NCBI GenBank assembly: GCA_965658995.1
Contig: CBFHVI010000010.1
Location: 4,581-68,580 of the forward strand
Source of the DNA: Flavobacteriales bacterium
GTDB taxonomy: Bacteria > Bacteroidota > Bacteroidia > Flavobacteriales_D > CAJJDF01
Direction: 5' to 3'
Length of the DNA stretch: 64,000 bases
The position numbers and the translations under genes were made by a program. Of this stretch, positions 21,390-31,497 are shown in pieces (positions within the stretch are counted from its first letter, which is position 1; the number at the start of each line of letters is the position of its first letter). The notes beneath the pieces were generated by a model. That model was not told the origin of the DNA, ran no database searches, and saw only the letters and a list, made by a program, of their open reading frames with translations.

Positions 21390-24300
21390 ATGAAGCATTT
21401 TTTTATTCTAGTTACTTTAATCTGGTCTGTGCACATAACCGCACAAACTGATACTAAACAGAATGTACACAAAGGTTTGCTTTGGGAAATAACTGGAAAC
21501 GGACTCACCAAAACTTCTTACTTGTATGGTACAATGCATGTTAGCGGTCGAATTGCCTTTCATTTAGGAGAAGAGTTTTTTAATGGCTTGTCTTCGGTAG
21601 ATGCGGTAGCGTTGGAATCGAACCCTATTATTTGGCTAGATGAGATTGTAGAATCTCCTTTTGCCAATAATTATTTAGGACGCTATGCAATTGAAAGTCA
21701 AGTGTACAAGGGGTTTTATCAAGAAGCATTTAAAATAGAGCCACCTGAGAATAAAGATTTTGCACAGGCACTTTCGGCAAATCACTTTTTGGCCAATTGG
21801 ATGTTGTACCGAGAAAGCGCTCAAAACAAAGAGTTTGAGGAGGATACTTTTCTCGACATGTTTATTTATCAAGCTGGCAGCAAGCAAAATAAACCCGTAT
21901 ATAGTTTAGAAAACTTTACTCAAACCAGTGCCTTTTCCATGATGGCTCGGATTCCGGATTCTGAACCTAAAGAAACCTCCGAATGGTACAGAAAACTAAC
22001 CAAAGAAAAGAGTTACTATGAAATTTTAGAAGATTCGTACAGGAATCAAGATTTGGATATGTTGGATTCGTTGCAAAAAGAAACCTCATCGCGAAACAAC
22101 ATGAAGTATATGTTGTACTTGAGAAATAAAATTATGGCTCAAAATATTGATTCAATCATTCAGTCGGGTACAAGTTTATTTATTGGAATTGGGGCAGCTC
22201 ATTTAGCGAAAGAAAAGGGTGTTATAGGTTTACTGCGTGCAAAAGGGTATCAAGTTAAGCCTGTATCGCGCACGTTCTCCCAACAAGCAAAACTTCAGAA
22301 AGAAAAACTAAGTAAATCAAAAAAATCGGTTCCTTTTTCTTATTCTTATTCTACAGAGTTATTTTCTATAAAAACACCAGGGAAAGTATATGAAACTCCG
22401 GCACGAAACTTTGAAAGACAATTTTTTTCTCCTGAATTAACCAACGGTACATTTTATACGGTGAAAGTTTTGAGCAAATACAATCACTTGAATGGGAACG
22501 CTCATCGAAGTTACTTAATGAAAATCGATAGTTTATTATTTGAGAATATTCCGGGAAAAATAGAATCTAAAAAGCAGATTGTGTTACACGGCTACCCAGG
22601 GTTAGATATCGTTAATAGAACAAAAACTGGAGATGTTCAGAGGTACCAAATAATAGAGACTCCTTTGCAAGTAATGATTATAAAGATGGGAGGAAAGCAC
22701 GATTTTGTGCAAAAAGAAAGTGATCAATTCTTCCGAACGGTAGAGTTAGCAAAACCCTCAAAAGACTGGCAAGAGGTTTCAACTATTAAAAAAGATTTTA
22801 TCGTTCGAATACCTTCCTATTTTCACATAAAAGGGAATACGAAAGCTACTTCGATGTACACACATCCTGAGATAGAAGCATTTGACTTGACCGACTCCGC
22901 CTATTATTTGCTCAAAAGAGCTTCCCTGCATGATTTTGAATTCATTGAGGAAGATTCTTTTGAATTGAAGAGGCTGGCAGAGAAGTTTTTCTCAGAACTG
23001 GATGCCGACTCAGTACAGATAGGCAAGGAAATTAAAGGAGATTATCCCTCAAATATGAGTCAAGCTAAAACCAAAGATGGAAGTGAGTTAAGGGTAAAAA
23101 TAATCATCAAAGGGGCTTTTTACTACCTCATGGCCACTACGAGTACTAATCAACAGAAGTTTAAAGAATTCTTTGATTCTTTTCAATTTACCGAACAAGA
23201 GTATGGATTTGAGTTTGAAAATAGAGTAGACTCTTCTTTGCATTTTACGGTGAATTCAAATTACGTATCTCCTAATCCTTATACACAAATGATACGAAAA
23301 GGATACGAACGGAAAAGGGAGCGAAAACAGAAAGAGGATAAATCCTATCTCTCAAGTAAAATGAAACAAACTTATTACTCTGAGAATTATGAGAGAATTT
23401 TGGTAGAATACGATAAGTTTCATAGGTATCAATCGTTCAAGCATCTTGATACAGTTTTTAATCGCGAGATTCGTTATTTTTTACGAAAAGAAAAACTCGT
23501 ACTGTCTTCCCAAACAAATGGAAAAACCGGTTCTATTTCTTTTGTAGAGGCACTGTTTACCGATACTAATACAAGCCGTGTAATAAGAAAGAAATACCTT
23601 GTAAACAAAGGAACTCTGTACACGCTCACGGCAAATTTGGACTCGACAGGAAACAACTCACAATTTATCGAGTCATTTTTCTCAACCTTCACACCTTACG
23701 ACTCTTCCAGTCAATTGGCATTGACAGAAAGTAAATCCGCTCTGTTTTTTGAGGCAATATTTACTCAGGATAGCACAGAGAAAGAACGAGCACTAAAGTC
23801 CGTTGTGACCACAATAGAGTTTGAGGAGAAAGATGTGAATAAAATAATAGAGGTGATTGATTCTTATGCTTTTCCAACCAAACATATTGAAGCAAAAGCA
23901 AAATTAATAGAAGCATTAGGGGGGTTAAAAAGCCCTAAAATACTTCCTTTTTTGACAGAGTTGTATGAAAGAGTAGAGGATACGGCTATGTTTCAATTGG
24001 CAATATTGAGAGCCTTATCTGCGCAACAAACAAAGGAATCTTCTAAAACCTTGGTGGAGCTGATAGAGAAAGACATTCCATTAAGTTCCTCAGGGTGGGG
24101 AACTTCGGCAGTTTTTTACTCCTATTACGATTCGTTGGAGCTCACAAAATATTTATATCCAGAGTTGTTTAACTTCACATTTGTGGAGGAATATCAACGA
24201 CCTATCTACGAGTTGATGTTAAAGGCCATCGATAGTAATGAACTCAAAACAACTATTCTGAAGAAAGAGTACAAACAGATTTTGAGAGAGGCAAAAATTG

Positions 24301-25007
24301 AATTGAAATCACAAATTAGTTCGGAGCAAACGGCAAAAGCCAAGGAGGAAAAGAGGAGGTATTACTACAGAAGTTATAAAAATCAAGGGAATTATAAACT
24401 TATTCGATACTGCAGAATGTTACTTCCATACTACTCCAAAACGGAAGTGAAGGAGTTTTTTGTCAAATTGGAGAAAGTACAAGATTACCAAATTCAAACA
24501 GACGTGGCTTGCCTACTCCTGAGGCACAACTTGGAAGTTCCTCAAGAAAAATGGGAGAGATTGGCAGCTGACATCATTAACAAAGAGCATTTGTATAAGT
24601 CTCTCAAAAAAATAGGAAGACTTGAGTTGTTTCCTCCCGATGAGTTGACTCAAGAGGGGATATGTAAATCTTTGTTGTATGAAAGGGGATTTAACTTCGA
24701 GAAGGATTCTTTATTATTTCTTGCCAAAGAAGAGGCAGAAGTTAAAGGAGAGAAAGGATACGTGTATTTTTTTCAATCAAAAGGTGAAAATGACGACAAT
24801 TGGGAGTTAGATTATATTGGACTTCAGCCTATGGATTCAAGTCAAGTGAATGTATTGAATCTCTTTAAAAAGAAAGGTGTAAAAATTGGAAAAGACAAAG
24901 ATGTGAGAGAGATGATAGAGGAAAAAATGAAGGAAATACGAGTAAAAGATCATCCGAGAGCGGATGAATCGGAAAATAGTTTTGGCGGTGGATATGACTA
25001 TTTTTAA
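21390..25007 (+). CDS. secreted TraB/GumN-family domain protein with roughly 900-aa uncharacterised extension
   Basis: 1205 aa; signal peptide; N-terminus GLLWEITGNGLTKTSYLYGTMHV...FIGIGAAHL resembles TraB/GumN. The C-terminal third has HEAT-like ALGGLKSPKILPFLTELY. Confidence 0.7.
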   Translation: MKHFFILVTLIWSVHITAQTDTKQNVHKGLLWEITGNGLTKTSYLYGTMHVSGRIAFHLGEEFFNGLSSVDAVALESNPIIWLDEIVESPFANNYLGRYAIESQVYKGFYQEAFKIEPPENKDFAQALSANHFLANWMLYRESAQNKEFEEDTFLDMFIYQAGSKQNKPVYSLENFTQTSAFSMMARIPDSEPKETSEWYRKLTKEKSYYEILEDSYRNQDLDMLDSLQKETSSRNNMKYMLYLRNKIMAQNIDSIIQSGTSLFIGIGAAHLAKEKGVIGLLRAKGYQVKPVSRTFSQQAKLQKEKLSKSKKSVPFSYSYSTELFSIKTPGKVYETPARNFERQFFSPELTNGTFYTVKVLSKYNHLNGNAHRSYLMKIDSLLFENIPGKIESKKQIVLHGYPGLDIVNRTKTGDVQRYQIIETPLQVMIIKMGGKHDFVQKESDQFFRTVELAKPSKDWQEVSTIKKDFIVRIPSYFHIKGNTKATSMYTHPEIEAFDLTDSAYYLLKRASLHDFEFIEEDSFELKRLAEKFFSELDADSVQIGKEIKGDYPSNMSQAKTKDGSELRVKIIIKGAFYYLMATTSTNQQKFKEFFDSFQFTEQEYGFEFENRVDSSLHFTVNSNYVSPNPYTQMIRKGYERKRERKQKEDKSYLSSKMKQTYYSENYERILVEYDKFHRYQSFKHLDTVFNREIRYFLRKEKLVLSSQTNGKTGSISFVEALFTDTNTSRVIRKKYLVNKGTLYTLTANLDSTGNNSQFIESFFSTFTPYDSSSQLALTESKSALFFEAIFTQDSTEKERALKSVVTTIEFEEKDVNKIIEVIDSYAFPTKHIEAKAKLIEALGGLKSPKILPFLTELYERVEDTAMFQLAILRALSAQQTKESSKTLVELIEKDIPLSSSGWGTSAVFYSYYDSLELTKYLYPELFNFTFVEEYQRPIYELMLKAIDSNELKTTILKKEYKQILREAKIELKSQISSEQTAKAKEEKRRYYYRSYKNQGNYKLIRYCRMLLPYYSKTEVKEFFVKLEKVQDYQIQTDVACLLLRHNLEVPQEKWERLAADIINKEHLYKSLKKIGRLELFPPDELTQEGICKSLLYERGFNFEKDSLLFLAKEEAEVKGEKGYVYFFQSKGENDDNWELDYIGLQPMDSSQVNVLNLFKKKGVKIGKDKDVREMIEEKMKEIRVKDHPRADESENSFGGGYDYF

Positions 25008-25045
25008 TACCTTAGTTCCACAAAAAAAATAAATTACCACGCGAA

Positions 25046-26914
25046 TTGAAGTTTCCTGAGAATAATATAAAAAGATGGGCGATTTTTGCTTTTGACTTGC
25101 TGGCTTCGCTTTTTGCGTTGTTTTTAGCTTATGCATTACGGTTCGATTTTTTTAGCGCTCAGCAAGGATTCGATGAGGAATTTAAAGTTCTGTGGTCGGC
25201 ATTGCCGTTTTTTGTCTTGGTGAGAGCCTTGTTTTTTTACTTTGGAAAAACCTATGTTGGAATAATTCGATATACCAGCACAGAAGACGCAAAACGAATT
25301 TTCTATGTGGTTACTGGCGGAACGCTGGCTTTCATCTTGTTTAGTGTGCTGAGGTATTACCTATTGGATGAAAAATTCTTTCTTCCTCGGCCTATTATTG
25401 CGATCGAATATCTGCTCACTTTGTTCTTCATGGTGGCAGCAAGAATTGCAGTAAAATTGAGTTACCACGAAGGACGAAAAGATACCGAGGACATGGATAA
25501 TGTCATTATTTACGGAGCCGGTGAGATGGGAAGTATTGTATGTCGAACTCTCACGGAGTCCGCCAATATAAGACAACGAGTTGTGGCATTTATTGATGAT
25601 AACCCTAAAAAATCGGGCAACACGCTGTTGGGAATAAAAGTATTTCATTCCAGTAAACTGAAAGAAATTGTGGAAAAGCAACAAGTAAAAATTTTGTTAG
25701 TTGCCTTTCAATCTCCGGATATTGAAAAGAAAAATCAGTTGCTCGATACCGCGCTTAATCTGTCTTTAGAAATCTTGAATACACCGAGAGTAGAAAACTG
25801 GATTGATGGAAGGCTGAATGTAAATCAAATAAAAAAGATAAACATTGAGGATTTACTGGGCAGGAAAGAGATAGAACTAGATCGAAAGAAGATTGCGCAA
25901 GATATTGAAAACAAAATTGTGCTGGTGACTGGAGCTGCCGGTTCAATAGGAAGTGAAATGGTGCGCCAACTCTTACATTTTTCTCCAAAAAAAATTATTT
26001 TGCTCGATCAAGCCGAGTCGGGGTTGTACGATTTGGAACAAGAATTAATTGACTTTTCTGAAAAATTAGAAATGGTGGTTGGCGATATTTCTAATCATCA
26101 CCGTTTAGAGCGGGTTTTTTCTCATTTTAGGCCTTCTATGGTTTTTCATGCGGCCGCCTACAAACATGTACCTCTGATGGAGGACAATCCTTGTGAGGCC
26201 ATAGAAACCAATGTGCAAGGAACCAGAAACTTAGTGAATCTTGCGGATTCTTACAAAGTTGAGAAGTTTGTCATGATTTCTACAGACAAGGCAGTAAATC
26301 CAACTAATGTAATGGGTGCTTCTAAGCGAATAGCTGAGATTATCGCTCAAAAAAAGAGTGAAACTTCAACCACAGCCTTTATCACCACTCGTTTTGGAAA
26401 TGTATTAGGATCCAATGGCTCCGTAATTCCACTCTTTAAAAGACAGATTGAAAAAGGAGGTCCTATCACTGTAACTCACGAGGAAGTGACTCGGTTTTTT
26501 ATGACAATTCCAGAAGCTTGTCAATTGGTTTTGGAGGCGGGAACATTAGGAAAAGGAGGTGAGATTTTTGTGTTTGATATGGGAGAATCTGTTAAAATTA
26601 TTGATTTGGCTCGAAGAATGATTAAGTTATCAGGTTTTGAACCCGAGAAAGAAATAAAGATAAAAATTACCGGATTGCGGCCAGGTGAAAAATTGTACGA
26701 AGAAGTATTGAGCGATTTAGAATCAAGTTTGCCTACTCATCACCCTCAAATTTTGATTGGAAAAATAAGAGAGATAAATCCTGAGGTAGATGACCAGATA
26801 TCTCGACTTATTCAATTAGCTGGAGATCAGCAAAACGAAGAAGCAGTAAAAGAGATGAAAAAGATCATCCCTGAATTTTTGAGTAACAATTCTGTTTTCA
26901 ATAAATTAGATTAA
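25046..26914 (+). CDS. polysaccharide biosynthesis protein, CapD/WbpM-like NDP-sugar 4,6-dehydratase/epimerase with N-terminal TM domain
   Basis: 622 aa; VLVTGAAGSIGSE Rossmann motif, FHAAAYKHVP, ISTDKAVNPTNVMGASKR. The only in-frame start near the 5' end is TTG 25046, so the start is uncertain. Confidence 0.85.
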   Translation: MKFPENNIKRWAIFAFDLLASLFALFLAYALRFDFFSAQQGFDEEFKVLWSALPFFVLVRALFFYFGKTYVGIIRYTSTEDAKRIFYVVTGGTLAFILFSVLRYYLLDEKFFLPRPIIAIEYLLTLFFMVAARIAVKLSYHEGRKDTEDMDNVIIYGAGEMGSIVCRTLTESANIRQRVVAFIDDNPKKSGNTLLGIKVFHSSKLKEIVEKQQVKILLVAFQSPDIEKKNQLLDTALNLSLEILNTPRVENWIDGRLNVNQIKKINIEDLLGRKEIELDRKKIAQDIENKIVLVTGAAGSIGSEMVRQLLHFSPKKIILLDQAESGLYDLEQELIDFSEKLEMVVGDISNHHRLERVFSHFRPSMVFHAAAYKHVPLMEDNPCEAIETNVQGTRNLVNLADSYKVEKFVMISTDKAVNPTNVMGASKRIAEIIAQKKSETSTTAFITTRFGNVLGSNGSVIPLFKRQIEKGGPITVTHEEVTRFFMTIPEACQLVLEAGTLGKGGEIFVFDMGESVKIIDLARRMIKLSGFEPEKEIKIKITGLRPGEKLYEEVLSDLESSLPTHHPQILIGKIREINPEVDDQISRLIQLAGDQQNEEAVKEMKKIIPEFLSNNSVFNKLD

Positions 26915-26932
26915 TCCAAATCCATAGTCAGA

Positions 26933-27325
26933 ATGAATCAAGAAGTAGAAGAATTAGAAAAGAAAATAGAAAATTACATCGGTGCTGCCAGTAATATTGA
27001 GCTTAAGTTTCAGTATCTAGAACTAGAAAAAGAGGTAAAACTGGATTTAATTACTTTCAACCCCAAACATAACCAGTCTTTTTTGTTTCATTCGGTAATA
27101 GGTTTTGGAAAAATAGATGCGTTGTATAAAATGCTCGATTACCTAAAGAATTACAAAGAAAAAGAGAGTTCCTATACTATTCAATGGTCGCTAAAAGAAA
27201 GTACCGAATTAAATACTTCGTATTTTAGAGCCTCAAATTTGCTTTCAGCTATAGAAAAATTTTACTTTGAACGAGACGTAAATTCCACCGTTGTATTTAG
27301 TGTTGTATTAAACCCAATATCATGA
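26933..27325 (+). CDS. hypothetical protein
   Basis: 130-aa ORF with no recognisable motif. Its stop overlaps the next gene's start (ATGA). Confidence 0.5.
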   Translation: MNQEVEELEKKIENYIGAASNIELKFQYLELEKEVKLDLITFNPKHNQSFLFHSVIGFGKIDALYKMLDYLKNYKEKESSYTIQWSLKESTELNTSYFRASNLLSAIEKFYFERDVNSTVVFSVVLNPIS

Positions 27326-27735
27326 AAAAGGAGACGAAAAGAAGTCAAACTAAATTACAAGTACGATTTAATGATTTAGACATGGCAGGTCATGTTCATA
27401 ATTCAGAATATTTGAATTACTTCGAAATTGGAAGAATCGACTTTTTCAATAAAGTAATTGCTCCAGAGTGGGACTGGAAGAAAAGAGGGGTTTTGGTGGC
27501 CCGAAATGAGCTAGATTACGTGCAAGCTACTCATTTTTATGATGAGCTTTTTGTAGAAACTTCCTGCGAAGATTTAGGTAAAAAAAGCATAACGCTGGAG
27601 TATAAAATCTTTAAAGAAAAAGACGGGGTAAAACTCCTGTGCACGAAAGGACGTAGTATTTTGGTTTGTTATGATTTTGAACTCAATGAATCCGTGGAAG
27701 TATTTGATGAGTGGCGAGAAGCCATAGAAAATTAG
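27322..27735 (+). CDS. acyl-CoA thioesterase, 4HBT/YbgC-like hot-dog fold
   Basis: 137 aa; QVRFNDLDMAGHVHNSEYLNYFEIGRIDFF. Confidence 0.8.
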   Translation: MKKETKRSQTKLQVRFNDLDMAGHVHNSEYLNYFEIGRIDFFNKVIAPEWDWKKRGVLVARNELDYVQATHFYDELFVETSCEDLGKKSITLEYKIFKEKDGVKLLCTKGRSILVCYDFELNESVEVFDEWREAIEN

Positions 27736-27780
27736 GAGCTAGCTTTGATGAAACAAAGTTAGACCCAAAATTAGTTCAAC

Positions 27781-28386
27781 TTATGCTTCAACCGAAGAGG
27801 AAGAATGCGCTAAATTCATAAAATCTTCGAACAAGTTCTCGTTTTTGTTTTTATTGTACCAAATTTGCAACTCTTTTTTGAATTCTGCATCCACAGATCC
27901 ATGTTTGGCTTTGTATTCTTGTACCATTTGTGTGGCAATACTTGGTCTTGGTCCCCAAGTTCCAGTCACTTTATTGCTCTGAATTTGAATCAATTTAGGA
28001 ATAGCTTGAGCCCCATTGGTCAAGTATTCATTCATAAGTTCTGGTTGTTGATCTCTCAAAACAATTCTCAAGGTGATGGTTGGATTTAGTTCAGCCATTT
28101 TATTGATTGCAGGCAAGTTTTGAGCGGCATCGCCACACCATCCTTCGCTAATCACTGTCCAAGTAGTGGGCTCATCAATAGATAGGATTTCAGCAACCAC
28201 GTTTTCGGGAATTTCGGTCGTTTTATCCAATCTTTTCATCCTACTATGATTTAGTTTGCTGTACCCAACCAAAGATTCAGGTCCATTGGCAGTTGTCGAT
28301 TTGTTTTCGGCTAACAAATCTTCCACTAATTTTCTGTATTCACTGTATGAGTAACTATTTTGTAAGGCTTTTACTAGGTAATACAT
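27781..28386 (-). CDS. thioredoxin-fold family protein
   Basis: 201 aa; WTVISEGWCGDAAQNLP (WCxD-type thioredoxin-like motif). Confidence 0.75.
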   Translation of the reverse strand: MYYLVKALQNSYSYSEYRKLVEDLLAENKSTTANGPESLVGYSKLNHSRMKRLDKTTEIPENVVAEILSIDEPTTWTVISEGWCGDAAQNLPAINKMAELNPTITLRIVLRDQQPELMNEYLTNGAQAIPKLIQIQSNKVTGTWGPRPSIATQMVQEYKAKHGSVDAEFKKELQIWYNKNKNENLFEDFMNLAHSSSSVEA

Positions 28387-28531
28387 AATGCTGTTTTTTT
28401 AGTTAAACGGTAAAAACAAGAACTTCTTACACAGATCAATTTTAAACTCTGTTAAGACTTCTTTAAAAAATCAAAAACACTTGGCAACATACTAACTTTA
28501 AAGTAAATTCGTTTTAACAAATCTAACTGTT

Positions 28532-31468
28532 ATGTCACGTAAATTTCACGAATCAAAAGTAAAAAAGAAGAGTATAATGAAGAAAATATTAAAATGGGTA
28601 GGAATTACTTTTCTTCTCTTACTTATCGCCCTGGTTTCTCTGCCGTTTATTTTCAAAGGAAAATTAATCGAGGTAGTAAAAGAAGAAGTAAATAATTCCG
28701 TAAATGCTCAAGTAGATTGGGGCGATTTTGATCTCACTATTTTCAGTTCGTTTCCAAATTTTACTTTTGAAATAGACGATGTAAAAGTCTTGGGAGTGGA
28801 GGAGTTTGAGGGAGTAACCTTGGCAGACATCAAACACACGGCCATAGAATTGGATGTGATGAGCGTAATTAGTGGTGGCAAAATTAAGATTAACAGTATT
28901 TTGATTAAAGAACCTGAAATAAATATATGGGTAAATAAAGATACTATGGCCAATTATGATATTGCCAAGACTTCTGAAGAAAAATTGGAGGAATCAATTG
29001 ATACATCTGCTACACAGTATGAAATTGGGCTCAAAAAACTAATCATCTCTGGAGCTAATCTTACCTACAAAGATGAAGTTGCCAATATGGGTTCCCAGAT
29101 AAAGAATATGGATTTTGAATTGTCTGGTGATTTCACACAAGATGTCTTTGATGTATTAATTGCTTCGTCCATTGATGAGTTAACTGTGACTGATGGTCCA
29201 GTATCCTATTTGAGTAAGACCCACGTATCTTTAGATGCAGGGATAACCATTGATAAATTTGAAAAATATACATTGAAAGAAAATGTGCTGAAGCTGAATG
29301 AACTGGAGGTAGAGTGTGATGGATTTTTAGAAATGTTAGCCGATAGAATGACAATGGATTTAACATTTGGATCCAAGCAAACTGAATTCAAACATATTTT
29401 ATCACTTATTCCTGCCGTTTACATGACTGATTTTGAATCTGTAAAAACCAAAGGAAAATTTGCCTTGAATGGAATGATGAAGGGAGAAATGAAAGGAGAG
29501 GACTACCCTCAATTTGATATTTCTATGGCCATAGAGGAAGGGTATTTTAAATATCCCGATTTGCCAAATTCCGCAACAAATATTGGGCTGAAAACAAAAA
29601 TTACTCATCCACAAGGAGAGTTAGATCTGATGGTGATTAATTTGAGTAAGTTTTCGATGAAATTGGCAGAAAACCCCATAAATGGAAATTTGAAAATTTC
29701 GAACCCCATGACCGATCCACTTATTTCTTCTGAAATACTGGTAGAACTAGATTTAGCTAATCTAGGAACGGTAATACCCATGGAGGAGAACGAAAAGTTG
29801 AATGGAACAATCTCAGCGGACATCGTTTTGGCAGGAAGAATGTCTTCCATTGAGAAAGAGGAGTATCAAAACTTTAAAGCCGAAGGAAATGTCGTAGTTG
29901 CTGGTATGCAATATGCTTCGAAAGAGTTGCCTTACGAGATTTTTGTTAATGCTATGGAAATGAAGTTTTCACCACAATATGTGGACTTAAAAAAAATGGA
30001 TACAAAAATTGGAAAAAGTGATCTTCAGGCAAAAGGAAAAATAGATAATATTCTCCCTTATTTGTTCAACAATGAAATTCTGAAAGCAGACATGCACGTA
30101 ACCTCGACTTTACTAGATGTAGACGACCTGATGAGAACTGTAGAGGAGGAAACCACAACTGAAACTGCGGAGCAAGACTCATCTGTGGCTTACGAAGTGA
30201 TTAAAGTCCCTACGATGTACAATTTGAATCTGACGACAGACATCAAAGAAATGATTTATGACGGCACTTCTATCAAAAACATTAGAGGAGGATTAAGCGT
30301 GAAAGAAGAAATAGCAAAGTTCAATTCTGTGAATTTAGATATGTTAGATGGAAACGTGGTACTTAATGGAAGTTATAATACTCAAACCACAAATCCAGTT
30401 GTGAACTTTGATTATGAAGTGAAAGGAGTAGACATTGAGCAAACAGCCACATTTTTTGGAGCGGTAGAAACCATTGCGCCCATTGTAAAAAATTGCAAAG
30501 GGAAAATTTCTACTAATTTAAAAGTAAAGACAGAATTGGATCAAAATATGGAACCAATTTACACTACCATGAACGGAAAAGGAGGTTTGTTTGCAAATAA
30601 CCTGACTGTGGAAGGAGTAAAATCGCTCCAAAAAATTGCAACTATTTTAAAATTGCAAGAACTTGCCACTCAGAGCGTGGATAAACTTAAATTTGCGTTT
30701 GAATTTAAAGAAGGAAGAGCTTTTGTCAATCCTTTCGATATTAAATTATCCGGCATAAATTCAACAATTTCTGGTTCTACAGGTTTTGACCAAACCATTG
30801 CGTATGATGTGACCATGCAAGTACCTAAAGCAAAACTGGGAAATAAAGCCAACGAAGTAGCAGAATCGCTGCTTGGAAAAGCAAAAATTGCAGGTCAGCA
30901 ACTTACCATCCCTGATGTGATTCCAGTTAAGTTTAAGATTGGTGGTACGGTAACTTCTCCTCAAGTATCGGGAGGTTTGAAAAACAAAGCAACCAGCTTA
31001 GTAACCGGCCTCAAAGATAAGGTGGTAGATACGGTGAAGAAAACATACAATGCCCAAATAGATAAAATAATGAAGGAGGCAAGAGAGCAGGGAGATAAAT
31101 TAAAACAAGAGGCTAAAATACAAGCAGATAAACTGAGAAAAGAAGGAGAAAAAGCAACTTTAGAAGCAAAAAAGAAAGCAGATGAAATTGCTGAAGAGGC
31201 AAGGAAAAAAGCGAAAGAAGAGGCAGAGAAATTGGCGAACAAAGGAGCGACTCCATTTGAAAAACTGGCAAACAAAAAAATTGCCGAATCAGGACAGAAA
31301 AAGGCTTTTGAACAAATTGAAAAAACTAAACAAAAGGCCTATTCTCAATCCGAAACCCTTACGAATCAAGCGAAGGATAAAGCCGATAAAATTGAAGAAG
31401 AGGCTGACAAACAAGCTCAGAGACTATTAGAGTCGGCACAAAATAAGGTAGACGCCTTGAAAAAATAA
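28532..31468 (+). CDS. AsmA-family outer-membrane biogenesis protein with K/E/A-rich coiled-coil tail
   Basis: 978 aa; N-terminal TM anchor (an alternative start MKKILKWVGITF lies about nt 28577), long beta-rich body, C-terminal charged repeats (ADKL/ADEI/ADKI). Confidence 0.7.
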   Translation: MSRKFHESKVKKKSIMKKILKWVGITFLLLLIALVSLPFIFKGKLIEVVKEEVNNSVNAQVDWGDFDLTIFSSFPNFTFEIDDVKVLGVEEFEGVTLADIKHTAIELDVMSVISGGKIKINSILIKEPEINIWVNKDTMANYDIAKTSEEKLEESIDTSATQYEIGLKKLIISGANLTYKDEVANMGSQIKNMDFELSGDFTQDVFDVLIASSIDELTVTDGPVSYLSKTHVSLDAGITIDKFEKYTLKENVLKLNELEVECDGFLEMLADRMTMDLTFGSKQTEFKHILSLIPAVYMTDFESVKTKGKFALNGMMKGEMKGEDYPQFDISMAIEEGYFKYPDLPNSATNIGLKTKITHPQGELDLMVINLSKFSMKLAENPINGNLKISNPMTDPLISSEILVELDLANLGTVIPMEENEKLNGTISADIVLAGRMSSIEKEEYQNFKAEGNVVVAGMQYASKELPYEIFVNAMEMKFSPQYVDLKKMDTKIGKSDLQAKGKIDNILPYLFNNEILKADMHVTSTLLDVDDLMRTVEEETTTETAEQDSSVAYEVIKVPTMYNLNLTTDIKEMIYDGTSIKNIRGGLSVKEEIAKFNSVNLDMLDGNVVLNGSYNTQTTNPVVNFDYEVKGVDIEQTATFFGAVETIAPIVKNCKGKISTNLKVKTELDQNMEPIYTTMNGKGGLFANNLTVEGVKSLQKIATILKLQELATQSVDKLKFAFEFKEGRAFVNPFDIKLSGINSTISGSTGFDQTIAYDVTMQVPKAKLGNKANEVAESLLGKAKIAGQQLTIPDVIPVKFKIGGTVTSPQVSGGLKNKATSLVTGLKDKVVDTVKKTYNAQIDKIMKEAREQGDKLKQEAKIQADKLRKEGEKATLEAKKKADEIAEEARKKAKEEAEKLANKGATPFEKLANKKIAESGQKKAFEQIEKTKQKAYSQSETLTNQAKDKADKIEEEADKQAQRLLESAQNKVDALKK

Positions 31469-31497
31469 AAACAATACTCGTTTGTAGAGAGACTATT

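Noticed and set aside
30961-31430. Alternative-frame and antisense ORFs in the AsmA tail (31182-31430 plus strand, K/R-rich; 30961-31275 minus strand, A/S/F-rich)
   Set aside because: They arise from the purine-rich, low-complexity repeats encoding the K/E/A tail. Any frame stays open in such sequence, so this is not evidence of overlapping genes.
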